Origin: Lingula anatina
Taxonomy: Eukaryota; Animalia; Brachiopoda
Assembly: GCA_051362555.1 (NCBI GenBank)
Contig: CM120645.1
Span: 13,020,001 to 13,084,000 of the forward strand
Length of the DNA stretch: 64,000 nucleotides
Reading direction: 5' to 3'
The translations under genes and the position numbers were made by a program. The notes beneath the pieces are model-generated. The model did not search any database. It saw only the letters and a list, made by a program, of their open reading frames with translations, and was not told where the DNA came from. Of this stretch, positions 1-13,136 are shown piece by piece. Positions within the stretch are counted from its first letter, which is position 1; the number at the start of each line of letters is the position of its first letter.

Positions 1-137
1 CAAAATCACACTAAATACTCCTTTTTAATGTTTGGGTCAACTTGCTTTGCACAAGACACTCTTCTAGAGAAAAATAAAATACTCAATAAATACAAGGGTA
101 TATATTGTACAAATAATGTTTTCTTTTTTCATAACAG

Positions 138-1924
138 CGGCCTTTTTATATCGCCAACTTGGATGACATAGTCAACAAGCACAAGCACTGGGTGAAACTG
201 ATGCCACGTGTCAAACCCTTCTACGCCGTGAAATGTAACAACACTGAGCCAGTCGTGAAGACCATTGCGGCACTTGGGGCGGGGTTTGACTGCGCCAGTA
301 GCGCTGAGTTCCAACAGGTTCTAAAATATGGGGTGGAGACAGATAGAATAATATATGCCCAAACGTGTAAAGATCCCGAAGAAATCAAACATGCGTCAGA
401 ACGAGGCGTTGACCTGATGACATTTGACAATGAAGATGAACTTGTGAAAATAAAACATCTATATCCTCATGCAAGACTCGTATTACGAATTCTTCCACAA
501 GTACAAAAGGCTGTTCTTGAAATGGGGAAGAAATTTGGATGTGCCATTAAAAACTGTAAAGGACTTTTACTGAAGGCGAAAGAATTGGAACTGAATGTCG
601 TTGGAATCAGGTAATTTTCATACCAAACAAAAAACTCCTTGTCGTTCAATCTTGAAATCAATTGTCCAATGTATTATCAGCAGTTCGTGTATGTACACCT
701 AGGATTGATATAAAATTATTTCACTGTTCTAGTCTGTCAGACAACTTATGTATATCAAAAATGGACAAAAGATAGAGGATACTCATTTTTTCATAGCAAG
801 CAGCAACTTGCATGTATTTGACACAAGCGATAAGTATGTGGGAAAATATGTACATATATTGATTTTTTCTTGTAATTTCAGTTTTCATGTTGGTTCGTCG
901 TGTCTTGACGCCTTCGCCTACGAACACACCATCAGTCTCTGTCGCGGCATCTTTGACATGGCCAAGACCATCGGTTACAATTTCAACTTACTCGACATCG
1001 GTGGTGGATTCCCCGGTTATGAGACTGAAGAAAAACTATCATTATCTGACATTGCCAAGGCAATTAACAATTCACTGGATGAATACTTCCCGGAGGAGGA
1101 AAATGTTAAAGTGATTGCAGAGCCCGGGCGTTACTATGTACAATCTGCTTTCACTCTTGCATTGCGTGTAATAGCTAGACGGGTGGAGCGACGGGACTCC
1201 TATCATGACGATCCATCAGATATAGATGAAGCACAGAAAACCTTTATGTACTACCTCAATGACGGCCTCCACGGTTCCTTCTACGTCCATATTGTGTTTG
1301 AGAAACATGCGCCAGATTTCTATTTGCTTGAGGTAAGTCTCTTAACATATTTAATCAGATGATAATCTAACGACCAGATACTGTGTTAGTTATTCTTAAC
1401 ATAACTGTGAGTTCATAGTGCGAAAACACATTACAAGCCATGGGTGGAGTTGGCATTGAAATATATGATATTGAGGGCTTGTTCATTTTCGTTATATGCC
1501 TTAAAGAATCTGAACCGTCAATTTTGAGAAACAAATAAAAAAGAGGGAATAATGTTGAAAATCCAATATTCTGAATTAGTCATTTCAAGCAAAAATATGC
1601 CTTTGACCTGATAATTTGGCCAAACCATTCCTAAATTGTTTATTTCGTATTTTCCAGAATAAAGAATCTCTGCCAGTGTTCAAAAGCAGCTTATGGGGAC
1701 CAACGTGTAATCCCTTTGACTGTATAACACAGGAAATAGAGCTCCCCGAACTGGACATCGGAGACTGGTTGTACGTGCCCAACATGGGGGCATACACGAC
1801 TGTCCTCCTGTCTTCTTTCAATGGGATACCGACACCGAAAATCCACTGGATTGCTTCAGACGGAGTGATATGCGAGCTTAATTTTCACAGTGACAAATAT
1901 GTGACTGTTGACAAAGCTGAGTAA
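138..1924 (+). CDS. ODC1: Ornithine decarboxylase-family (fold III PLP decarboxylase) gene, copy 1; 5'-partial. Symbol is family-level, this is a divergent paralogue
   Basis: Exons 138-610, 882-1332 and 1658-1924 with canonical AG/GT sites and compatible phases. Motifs PFYAVKCN, GFDCAS, FHVGS, DIGGGF, AEPGRYY, WGPTC, MGAYT, FNG. The first coding exon lies upstream of the window. Confidence 0.93.
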
Positions 1925-3157
1925 CTTTGCTTTTCATAATACGAAACTAGACATATTTGAATCAATATGGCAATACATAACTTACAGAATGTTAGTCGCA
2001 CAGGTGTATGAAAGGGAGTCTTTTATTCACAATTTTGAAAAAAGAGTTTTATACATTTTATAAATATTTTGTTTAACTATAAGAGAATTTCATATTGTGG
2101 TTATTGTCATTTGAAAATATTTGCATGGCCAGCAGATTTCATCATCGGAATATCATTTATTTTATATTTTATGCGTAGACAATCGTGGAACGTTTAGTTA
2201 TTCGTAATTTAATGTAGTAAATTCTAGTAAAAGACAATGTTTATTTGCTATTTTATTTCTTACTTTTTTTGTTCCTTGTCCGAAGATTGTTAATTTACAG
2301 AATATCATTTATTGTGTTCAACGCTTGGCTTTCATCAGTTGCTGGTGTGCATATGTCATTAATTTTTCGTGTTAAGGTTTTTTGACCGATGAGTTTTGTA
2401 TATTATTTAAGTATTCCACATGTCACATGTTTTTAATAAAATCGAACTTCATTCAAACTTTCTTTCTATTCTCTATACAGCGTTTATCCGTGACTGTTTT
2501 TAGCTTTAGTATGTATATTGGTTTTTTCCATATTAATAAAACAATTACAATTTTCAGAAAGTTTTTTTTTTCTGGATTCGAAATATGAGACCAAAATTCG
2601 AGTATCAAATCAAACTGTAAGTGCATTTTGATAGTGATGAAACCATGAGATCTCGGCGTCTCAAAGAACTTTGTATTGCGTTTTAACTGGGAGTGCTATG
2701 AATATACATGTATAGATTATTATTTAATCAAAGGCAAATGATACTCTGATGAACTTTATAAAAAGTGATGTTTTTTATGCATAAAAATAGAAAATTAAAC
2801 ATCTCATATATTAATTGATATTTTCTGAGAAAAATTAACATAAAATTATGTTCTATCCAAATTTTAATAAAAATCATGAATAACACAGCAATTATCATTT
2901 CATACCATAAAGTAAAAAAAAAAATTATCTGTGTTCAGTGTCCAGAAGTTTCGATGTGTCATTTTCGAGTAACCGAACCGCGTCAGTTAAATTACATACA
3001 ATGGAATGTATCTGATATAATCTGTGTGGTATATTGCATACTTGCCTACATGACTTAAAGGGAAACATGTAATTATTGGCAGGCGTGGCATTGAAACATG
3101 AGTTGTTGACGCACACCTTTCCTATGTAAAAATAATTTCATTGGATCTTAGTTTTGA

Positions 3158-3259
3158 TAGTCAGAAAGTTTTCGTTCAAGCCTGTCAGAGTGAACAGACG
3201 AAACAGTCAACAGGTAAATCAAATTTCTGGATCTATAATAAATGAAAACTTTCTGACTA
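3158..3259. repeat. Short inverted-repeat element (MITE-like)
   Basis: tagtcagaaagttttc...gaaaactttctgacta inverted pair. The surrounding ~145 bp is absent from the paralogous flank near 15680. Confidence 0.4.
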
Positions 3260-6184
3260 GCACATCTTTCCTGTTATCCATTTGCTTGTTTGTCTGTTTG
3301 TTTGGGAGATAGTTAATAGAATTAGAAGGTACATATGAACCGAGCACCGATGGAGCGTGTATTATAATTCTATAACAGACTACCAACTCAGCCTATGGTC
3401 AAAGTGCACAGATTACTACCACCATTGCACACCGACCAGACTCGGCATTTTGCACATAAAGAGCACCGATCTGTTAAGAACCAGAGCAACCTGTATGAAA
3501 AATAGTTGACCTACATGTACCCATTGATTGTTGCTTCATTTAATTCTTGTAATGAGGTGGGCTGGCCTTCTTGGACGCGTGGATGATACAAGATGACACT
3601 TAACGACACTTTGTGGTTATACGGTGACCTAAAATGACACCTGTGTTGAAAAACAAATGGAACACTCTCTGCACATACTTCAAGGTTTAAATATATACCA
3701 GTCACGGGTCAGGAAAATTTCAGACAGGAATTATGGTACAAAAAACAATGCAAACTAATAATTATGAAATATTTATCTTGATTTAAATCAAATAATGTGG
3801 TCGGGGGAATGCTGTTTAAGAAAATACTTTCAAGAATAGGTGCCACTTTATTTTTTGACTCAGCGAATAAAAATATATTAGCTGTGGAAAACAAGCTTCA
3901 ACGGGTCTGAACTGTATTTCAACCTAGTGTAATTAAAACGTCTAAGTGTTTTATATAGACTGTTATATTAAGGCATCGACATTGATTTATTATGCTGATC
4001 CGAAAAAAATATGCTAGGACACCAGTGCACCAGTGCACCAATGAAGGGGATCGGCCTCCTCTGGGGCCCAAAAATAAAGGAAAGTTTGGCGTAGTCAAAC
4101 GATATTTTATGGCGACAACAATCTCCAGAGCTTATTTACGCACATGCGCATTCTGCACATGCGCAATTCTACCTAGAGGGGTGGTCCCAATTGAGGCACA
4201 TGTTGCTACTTATACCAGGGGACGTCACTGCCTGACCCATTTTGCGCTCATTCTGTTGTCGCGCACGATACGTTGAAGCTACAAGTTATCTCCGACTTTC
4301 AACTTAAACCTTCAGTTCAAAAAATTTCATCGGCTTTTCCTTCGATGAGACCTTTCCAGCAGTTCATCGATATTTCGAACCGTTACAACACGTTTACAGC
4401 ATATATCAGCGTAAGATTATGTACAAGTTCAAGCAGGGAGTAGCTGTACATGTACACTGTACGTAGTACATCTGCCGACTATTAGGCTACATGAAGGCGG
4501 TAAGTTATTTTCTCTACTGATTTATCAGATGCCGTTGACATAATCCATTTGTTCGTGACTTTCTGGTTTGCTCTAATAATGGTCACGGCGACTGCACTAT
4601 AAGGCTCCTTGCGTATCACCTATTCAATTTTTTAGTTATCACTGAAGTTACCGTTTATACCTACTATTTATTAATTATCTTTGAGTTGCACATTTACGAC
4701 TCCGTTTATAAGTCTTCTGATCACGATTGTCTTATCAACCCCCACCCTTCACACATCTTGAATTTTGGGGTTCACTTATGCTTAGGGCACTACAACTGAT
4801 AAGTACACATAGTTATTAGCTTTTTCCTTCTACTAAACAAGATCATGTTACATGGATATTGCAAGAATAGTACAGTCACGGAAGATTTAGTGAAACAAAA
4901 ATACTTATTGAAGCATATCGCTTTTAGATTTTTTATATTCTATAAGCCCTATTCATTTTCTGGGGTCTTTTCCCTTTCAGCTTTCAGTGGATATTGTAAA
5001 ACTTTCCCACCCTAGTTAAGCCACCCTGTGTTCCTGCCCCAATTTCATTTCACAAATCTCCAAGAAGAGTTTCCTGTTCTCTGATTTTAATTAAAATTAC
5101 ACCCAAGCTTAACGTTCCTTCTGTGGCCTATTAAACGAATCTGGCCCCTTTTATTAAACAGTTCACAGAGGCTTACGATCCCTGGCCTTACTGCCGAGGG
5201 TAATTATGCCCTCACCCAAGCAGTATCATCCTGGCCACCTGTTATGATAGTGATAAAGGCTGACAGCTGCCTAGTAGTAGTTCTCATAAGTTAAGTTCGA
5301 GCTATAATGATGAACATATACGTTGGATTTACGAGTTACTGGCTAAGTGTAGACATTTAATATTACTTTAATCATTCACCCACAACAAGAAAAACAAAAC
5401 CTTTGGGTCTCAAAATGCAAACTAGCTCAGACACGCTTTTGAACTCATAACGGTTTTAAGATCAGAGGTTGATAAAGAAGGACACAGTTTATAATAAAGG
5501 GCAATTTAATAATTATTTTGGGTATCGATTATCTCACAGCCAAGCATGACATCTTGCCGTATATCTTAGTATTAATAACCTTCCAAAAACAATGTAAATG
5601 GCCTCATCCTGGAAATTCAGTATCCTTAGTCGTATATCAGGACCCATGATTCAAACTTTCATATAATGTTTACCCCATAGTAAAAACACAACAACCACTT
5701 TAATTTGCTAAGATAGGGATTTATTTTAGCTTCACATACATACATTGAATACCCAATCAACTAAACTAAATCAAGTACACCTGTGTTAGTAAAACAAAGG
5801 ACTTCCTAACCCTGGGGCGAACAATACCCAGGAAATCACACCTCTAGATATCTGATCGTGGGCACCTGGGCCCTTGCAAGTGATGGCCCTTAACTTACTG
5901 CAGCTGAGTTATTGTTCTGTGTTTACTTCATTGCAAACAAAATGTTCATATAAACTGCAGTCTTAGAACACAGACAAGAGTCTTACATAATCCCATACGT
6001 ACACCCTGACAACCCTTCCTAGCGCCTAAAGAGGGCAATTCATACACAAAGCTTCCTCAATCACCGATGGCCGGTTTCTAGTTAGAAAGTAGTGTAGCTA
6101 AAGTTGTATTGTTTTATATTAAATTGTTCTGTTAATTAACGTAAACGGGTGGTCCGTATAGCCACTATTTATGCCAGATGTTAA

Positions 6185-7759
6185 GGGGTCTAGGATATTA
6201 AAAATACGTCTAAAACTCGATTTTTAGTTTTTTATACGTTAGAAATAATCAATTTTGTATCTAATACTCAATTAAGTTATATTTGTGAAACACGGACTAA
6301 AAATATACATTTGGACGAGTTTTTCTACCTGTCCTGACTGGTACGGGTGGCAGGCTTTAGGCTCCGCCTCCGTTGTCAAGCACCGTTACTATGGGGGGCG
6401 GGGCAAGAATGGTTGTCTAACTTCTTAAGCTGTTACGCGTGCCCTGGCAGCTCATAAGTCTTACGTCAGCTAAGCAGAACACAGTTATATACACAGTCAT
6501 GGGAAGAAAGAAAGTCGTGAGAAAACGGATGAGCGAGGAAAGCAAGAGAATTTTGAAAGAGAGTGCTTCTGGTGGATGGAGAAACCCCGCGGTAAAGACT
6601 CGAGATCACACTTGAACTGCTGAGTATTCGTACAACGTCTGGGGTTGTCAGAAAAAAATCGTAAGGCAATCATTTTATGCACAATAAAGATTGTAATAGC
6701 AAGCAAGTTTTAAAGTAATATTGCCACCCAAAACATTTTCAAATTCGCATATTACGGTCTTGGCACTCTGTGGCATCATGGCATATACGTACCCACATTC
6801 GGCCATTTCTCGGAGTAAATCTTGCTTTACTTTCTCAATTTTCGCGTCTTGGTGTGTAGAGCGGCGCCCACGCACGACGGGTGGCATTGTCCTCTGCTGG
6901 CACACCAAGTAATCCTCTTTTTGTTTGTAAGCGCTTCCTTAGACACTTCCTAGACAGTGCACAGACTCCTACTGCGTCAGACACAATTATGATTAATTAC
7001 GTCAGTGAAACGAGAGTAGGTAGACCTACTCAGCTGTCAATCATTTCCCAGGGAAGAGCGACTTTCGTGGTACGAATAAGTTTGCGTACAAAAGTAAGAT
7101 TTTCTGGCATCTAGGTAGAAACAAACAACCCAATTTTAACACGTAATGGTGTATAGACCTTCCCGATCAACAAGATGATAACAGGTAAGGTGGAGGTGCA
7201 ATTATTTTGCTTAAATAGCCCAATTACCTGAGCAAAATGGTTTAGGAGCGATTTCTCAGCTTTGAAGATTGATAACATAGTCTAAACTTCAATCCCCATA
7301 TCTCATTCTGTAACTGTCAGATTGACATGAAATTTGATGTGTCTCTGTTTCAGTATAATATCTAGTCGTCTGAGTCTTGGTTTTTGGATTGACCTTTTAT
7401 TTTTGAAGTTATTAATACTGAAATTGGAAGGTCCATATATATTTCGTAAAATTCACGTTTTATCAAAATAAAATCAAAAGTAAAAATAAAAAGAGAAAAT
7501 CCTGACAGAGTTTAATGGAGTTTGTGCTAACCTTTAGATAGCTATTTCAATCGTATTAATAGGGCTTTTTGTTTAAGAGAAATTCTTGATTAAAAAAAAG
7601 ACAATTTTAGCCTCAAAACGCTGATATTACGTCACTCGTGTTACACTGTGACTACAAACTTTGAAAAATTGTTTGGCTTGCTAGACCTTTTCTTTAAGTT
7701 AATAGGAAATTTCATTAGCTGCATTAGTTTTGGACTTTTTCGTTAATATCCAAGATCCC
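6185..7759. mobile_element. TTAA-flanked non-autonomous DNA transposon (Kolobok-like, GG...CC ends), nested in the split-repeat element
   Basis: ttaa|ggggtctaggatattaa ... ttaatatccaagatccc|ttaa: imperfect terminal inverted repeats with TTAA at 6181-6184 and 7760-7763. Confidence 0.6.
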
Positions 7760-8226
7760 TTAAACATTAGTAAATATACCAACGAATCAAGGCTATATTC
7801 GCCAATAACAGCTCGTAATTATCATTGAGCCCAATGAATTTTTCCGACCGTAATATTTCCCCTTCTAACCAAGGTAGGGACATTGAAGAGTTAGCCCGTC
7901 GTTTTCACGACGAATTCGGTGCTTCTCTTGTGGTGGAAAATATAAGTTCACCACTGACTGCGTCCCCCTCACCCTTCTTTTAACGATCAAGTCGACCAGC
8001 TCAACATTCATCTTGCAGACTTGCCCTTATGAAATCCATTTACTTCCTTTTGGAAGAACGTAGGTCTGCGGAAAGTGACCCGGTTTCACATCAAACCAGA
8101 CGGGGTGCATCTTTCGGAGGTTGGCCAGTATAAAGTGTATCGTAGTATGCAGGGCGCCACTATTAGGAAGGCCTTTTGGCTTAGCATTAAGTTTTTCCTA
8201 ATCCCTTCCAACTTCATCATAAGTCT

Positions 8227-8611
8227 TTTCAGGTCCATAGACTCATTTCTTCTTCTTGTTATAAGCCCCGACCTTTTCAGGGCCACCGGTAAGTTCGCCC
8301 TTGTCCTTAGTTCTTAAAACATACCCACAAGATATCCTTATTTTTTCAGATATCTTGTTGTATATTTATTTTCACCGTCATCATATGTCCTTTCAGGCCC
8401 ATAGACGCATTTCTTCTTCTTGTTATAGGCCCCGACCTTTTCAGGGCCACCGGTAGGTTTGCCTTTGTCCTTAGTTCTTAAAACATACCCACAAGATATC
8501 CTTATTTTTTCAGATATCTTGTTGTATATTTATTTTCACCGTCATCATATGTCCTTTCAGGCCCATAGACGCATTTCTTCTTCTTTCAGGCCCCGACCTT
8601 CTCAGGGCCAC
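8227..8611 (+). repeat. 164-bp tandem repeat, about 2.3 copies
   Basis: Units start with tttcagg at 8227, 8391 and 8555 and are near-identical. Confidence 0.85.
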
Positions 8612-8682
8612 CAGGAATTTCCTTTTATTTTTTTACCCCCCCCCCCTTTTTTTTTTTTTTTTTATTCCAGGCTGCTACGGCG

Positions 8683-9414
8683 TGGCAATAAGTTTAATGC
8701 CTTATTTTTGTAACATTTTTGTCCGCCTCGCTACGTCGGGGTGAGTGGCACGTTTTGTGTCTTTATATTCCACTCCGCTTCGTCGGAGTGAGTGGCACGT
8801 TTTGTGTCTTTACATTTCCGACCTGTTTCACAGGTTGAGTGGCATAATTTTTCATGCCTTATTTTTGTAATATTTTTGTCCGCCTCGCTACGCTGGGGTG
8901 AGTGGCACGTTTTGTGTCTTTATATTCTGCTCCGCTTCGGCGGAGTGAGTGGCACATTTTGTGTCTTTACATTTCCGACCTGTTTCACAGGTTGAGTGGC
9001 ATAATTTTTCATGCCTTACTTTTGTAATATTTTTGTCCGCTTCGCTACGTCGGAGTGAGTGGCACGTTTTGTGTCTTTATATTCCGCTCCGCTTCGTCGG
9101 AGTGAGTGGCACGTTTTGTGTCTTTACATTTCCGACCTGTTTCACAGGTTGAGTGGCATAATTTTTCATGCCTTATTTTTGTAATATTTTTGTCCGCCTC
9201 GCTACGTCTGGGTGAGTGGCACGTTTTGTGTCTTTATATTCCGCTCCGCTTCGGCGGAGTGAGTGGCACGTTTTGTGTCTTTACATTTCCGACCTGTTTC
9301 ACAGGTTGAGTGGCATAATTTTTCATGCCTTACTTTTGTAATATTTTTGTCCGCCTCGCTACGTCGGGGTGAGTGGCACGTTTTGTGTCTTTATATTCCG
9401 CTCCGCTTCGGCGG
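8683..9414 (+). repeat. 157-bp tandem repeat, about 4.6 copies, with three hairpin+tgagtggca modules per unit
   Basis: Repeated short ORFs start at 8792, 8949, 9106 and 9263 (157-bp period). Alternating variants suggest a 314-bp higher-order unit. Confidence 0.9.
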
Positions 9415-11314
9415 TTTAAGTGGTAAGTATGTGTATACGGTAAGTGGTAAGTATGCATATATATATATACTCCCGATCTCAACATCAGTTTGAGTGTTTA
9501 TGTTCCAGCCCTCTGCGATTTCCTCTGTGGGGTCTTCCTTGCCCAGTGCGCTTGGGCACCAGTCAAGGTTATGGCCTCTTTGCAACCCCACAAACGAAAT
9601 TTGTGCAAAATTGCTTGAAAATGATAACTTTTGCTGACTCGTCTCATCATTATTTTTAGGATGATGAGTCTTAGTTAATATTTCATATTTAATCTTTATC
9701 CCTAAGGCCATAACATTTAATGCAGGCAACAATTTGCCACATTGTTATTATTGTTAAAATTATTAGGATAGTGAGTTTATTTAATAAAAGCGGCCTTGTT
9801 TGGCCAAATCACGAACACCCGATAGTCTTTGTTGCATTCTCTTTTGCTATGAACGGGAATATGCAAGTTTGTGATGCACTGGGATGGAGGAGACATAAAG
9901 GAAAGTTTGGCGTAGTCAAACGATATTTTATGGCGACAACAATCTCCAGAGCTTATTTACGCACATGCGCATTCTGCACATGCGCAATTCTACCTAGAGG
10001 GGTGGTCCCAATTGAGGCACATGTTGCTACTTATACCAGGGGACGTCACTGCCTGACCCATTTTGCGCTCATTCTGTTGTCGCGCACGATACGTTGAAGC
10101 TACAAGTTATCTCCGACTTTCAACTTAAACCTTCAGTTCAAAAAATTTCACCCACCGCCTTCCCCGTCTCCTCCACCATACATCAATTGTTTCCTCAGCC
10201 GACTAAACTTTGCTTGCATTATATTTGACCATCATACTGCGTGCGTTTTTTTTTTTTTTTTCTTTGATTTTTCAGTTTTGTATACATGTCAGGAGCACCT
10301 CCGTCCCCTGAAAGTGCCCGTACACAGTCCAGTACCGGTCATGCCCCAGCGAAACCTTCGTTTTAAAGACTACCTCTATACTGGACAGTCATCAGCCCAA
10401 GGACCTGTAAGATCTTCCTAGTCCAGAGGAAAAGGTGCAATCGGATGAAGGTTTTACAATGCAATTGACTTTACAGGTTTTAAAGACTACCTCTTTACTG
10501 GACGGTGATCAGCCCAGCAAGCCTTGCGGGTTAATCATACATTATTACAGACATAAGGCGTGAAGAGTTTCGATTTTTCATCTGTAGCTGTGGAATACCG
10601 ATCATCTGCTGCAGTTCAAGTAGCGACGGTTCATCCGTATATTCTCATGAAGTCAGAGGATATTGGGTCAACATTATATGAATGTCTCACAATGTCCCAA
10701 GAAATATTCGAAGTCAATTTAAAGGATTACTTCTGCATAATCCAAACAGCGGCCCAGCAAGCCATGCGGGTCCATTCTTGATCCTTACTCACTGCAGAGG
10801 TCATTGGAACAGCGGTATAAAAATATCTGACTTCTCCGTTTTAAGGGGCCAAGTGGGCCCCATTCCCGGTTTTTGCTACAAAACTGTAATTCATTCCAGC
10901 ATGTTGTGACAGGAGTGTTGCAAAAAATTCGACTTGCCTACCCGCTGTTTCATGTCGTATGAGAATTTTGACTCTATTTAAATGACCCAGTCATGTTTTT
11001 CTCATATTTTGACCCAGCAAGCTTTGCGGGTCCATCTGTATATCGGTTGAAGTGAGGAATGTAACGGGAACATTTGTGTAAGAACATACCTATCTATGTT
11101 ATCCCCGAGATTATATTATTTCTTCATGTTTTATTCTGCCATTGATAATTGTAAACTGGAAAGAAATTGCTTTTCCGCAGAATATCACTTAAAACCGTTA
11201 ATTTTATTCTAATTAACAGGTACGGCACAAGCTAGGATGGCATGGCAATTATAGAGAGTTCACTCTTCCAGCTGTTTTCAGCATATGGGAAAAACTGTAC
11301 CTCCCCCCTTCCTT

Positions 11315-11361
<47 letters not shown>

Positions 11362-12364
11362 AGTAGGGGTTAGGCCACCCGCTAACAGCATTGTCATGCC
11401 GGTACTAAGGTAGAATTGTATTGAGAGTCCTGCAATGCATTGACCTTGCCTTTGGAATCAGACAAGCTAAATAAGATGCACTACCGTTGTCAAATAATTG
11501 CTTATCGTGGACCACAGCTTACGATAACTGTTGCATGGTGGGGGCCTCTTTGCAACCCCACAAACGAAATTTGTGCAAAATTGCTTGAAAATGATAACTT
11601 TTGCTGACTCGTCTCATCATTATTTTTAGGATGATGAGTCTTAGTTAATATTTCATATTTAATCTTTATCCCTAAGGCCATAACATTTAATGCAGGCAAC
11701 AATTTGCCACATTGTTATTATTGTTAAAATTATTAGGATAGTGAGTTTATTTAATAAAAGCGGCCTTGTTTGGCCAAATCACGAACACCCGATAGTCTTT
11801 GTTGCATTCTCTTTTGCTATGAACGGGAATATGCAAGTTTGTGATGCACTGGGATGGAGGAGACATAAATAAAACTTTACTTTTGCAGTTGATTTTTTCT
11901 GCTCATGTTGATCACTTTAGGGGTTAAAGAGAGAGGCTAGGGGCCATCAGAAGGGCATGATAATCCCTTTTTGATCGAAAATAAGTGTCATCTGTTATAC
12001 CGGTATGTTTTATGATCAATGTTGCTGCAGCTTGTTACAAACAAGCTACGGACAACACACATCACCTACGACTGAGTTAAGACCTACGTTAACACTATTC
12101 ACGTTTGTAGCAACTAGCTTAACTCTGGCTAATTGTTTTGCTTTGGAGGAACGCGGGCGTAACTGCTACGCCTTCAATACGCAATACGCTCCGTCGGTAG
12201 AACAGATGTGGCAAAATTGGGGGGGGGGGGGGGGGGGGGGGGCGTGTAACAGAGAGTTTACCCTCCATTTAATTATACGTTTAGGGTTAGCCTGGCGTAA
12301 GTGGATCATAATCTAGGGCGAGGCTTATCTGTGCAAAATAAAGGGAACCGGACATGGGAGTCTC

Positions 12365-12530
12365 CCTGTCACGTCACATCTAGCCCTGGTTACGTCAAGG
12401 ACTCGCTTACTGCACTGTATATATGAAGGGGATATCGCATAGTTCACATTAAACAGATATTGGAAGTGTATTATATTCATTTTAATTCTATTCAGTAAGC
12501 AGAACTTATTACTATTTCAAATACAAGTAG
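12365..12530 (+). promoter_or_regulatory. Putative core promoter (type P1) and non-coding first exon of ODC-like copy 2
   Basis: CRE-like tcacgtca and ttacgtca, TATA-like tatatatgaa at 12418-12427, donor ag|gtgagt at 12531. The same layout is conserved at about 18060-18230. Confidence 0.5.
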
Positions 12531-12710
12531 GTGAGTAAAACTATTTTTTTTTTTTTTTGTGTTTTATTTTTTATTATTATTTTTTTTTTTTGTTTGTTTG
12601 TTTTACTTTCCAGTGGTGTACATTTATCATAGAATTGTTTGTTCCAATTATTTGATTTTTTTGTGATATTTTAGACCCATAGAACTACGGTTGTTGCCTA
12701 GGAAAAAACT

Positions 12711-13080
12711 ATGAAAACAGAAAGGATTCATGTCACAGAAGATGCTTATGACACAACTTCAGAAGAATTCAATGCAAAACATGGCCATCAAGCTGTGCGA
12801 CAGCTTATCAAAGACAAGCTTCTGCAAGGAGACGATATGGTAAGGGTTGTATATAAACTTTAACGACAGTTTTTATTTAAGAAAGTATGTCCATTTGTAC
12901 GTGACATATTTTGCGCGCACCGTACACTTGTTTTGTGTATAGCGTGATGGTAGTTTATGTATAAGTTACTGTAAGGGTGTTTTTTAAAGAAACATTTATA
13001 AGTAAAGAAGGAAAAGGGGTAAAATGATTGTACTATACGTTGTAAATGAGAAAACAAGAATTATAACATAAAAACCTACA

Positions 13081-13136
<56 letters not shown>

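Larger units (their letters stand above)
4079..11869 (+). mobile_element. Non-autonomous split-direct-repeat element (PAT/Ngaro/TOC1-like, tyrosine-recombinase retroelement architecture)
   Basis: A1 4079-4329 = A2 9900-10150 (251 bp). B1 9573-9894 = B2 11543-11864 (322 bp). Order A1...B1-A2...B2. ATAAA core at 4074-4078, 9895-9899 and 11865-11869. Empty paralogous site at about 17581-17600. No long ORF. Confidence 0.75.

Noticed and set aside
3992-4276. Duplicated ORFs in repeats A and B (also 9720-10097, 9391-9732, 11502-11872)
   Set aside because: They are identical only because they lie in the terminal repeats, and they cross element boundaries.
8683-9414. CRISPR-like look of recurring tgagtggca motifs
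   Set aside because: The intervening sequences repeat with a 157-bp period rather than being unique spacers. The context is eukaryotic and no cas genes are present.
12440-12710. Conserved polyamine-sensing uORF (AUU-initiated, PPW-ending) known from ODC/AZIN leaders
   Set aside because: No such peptide was seen in the predicted leaders.
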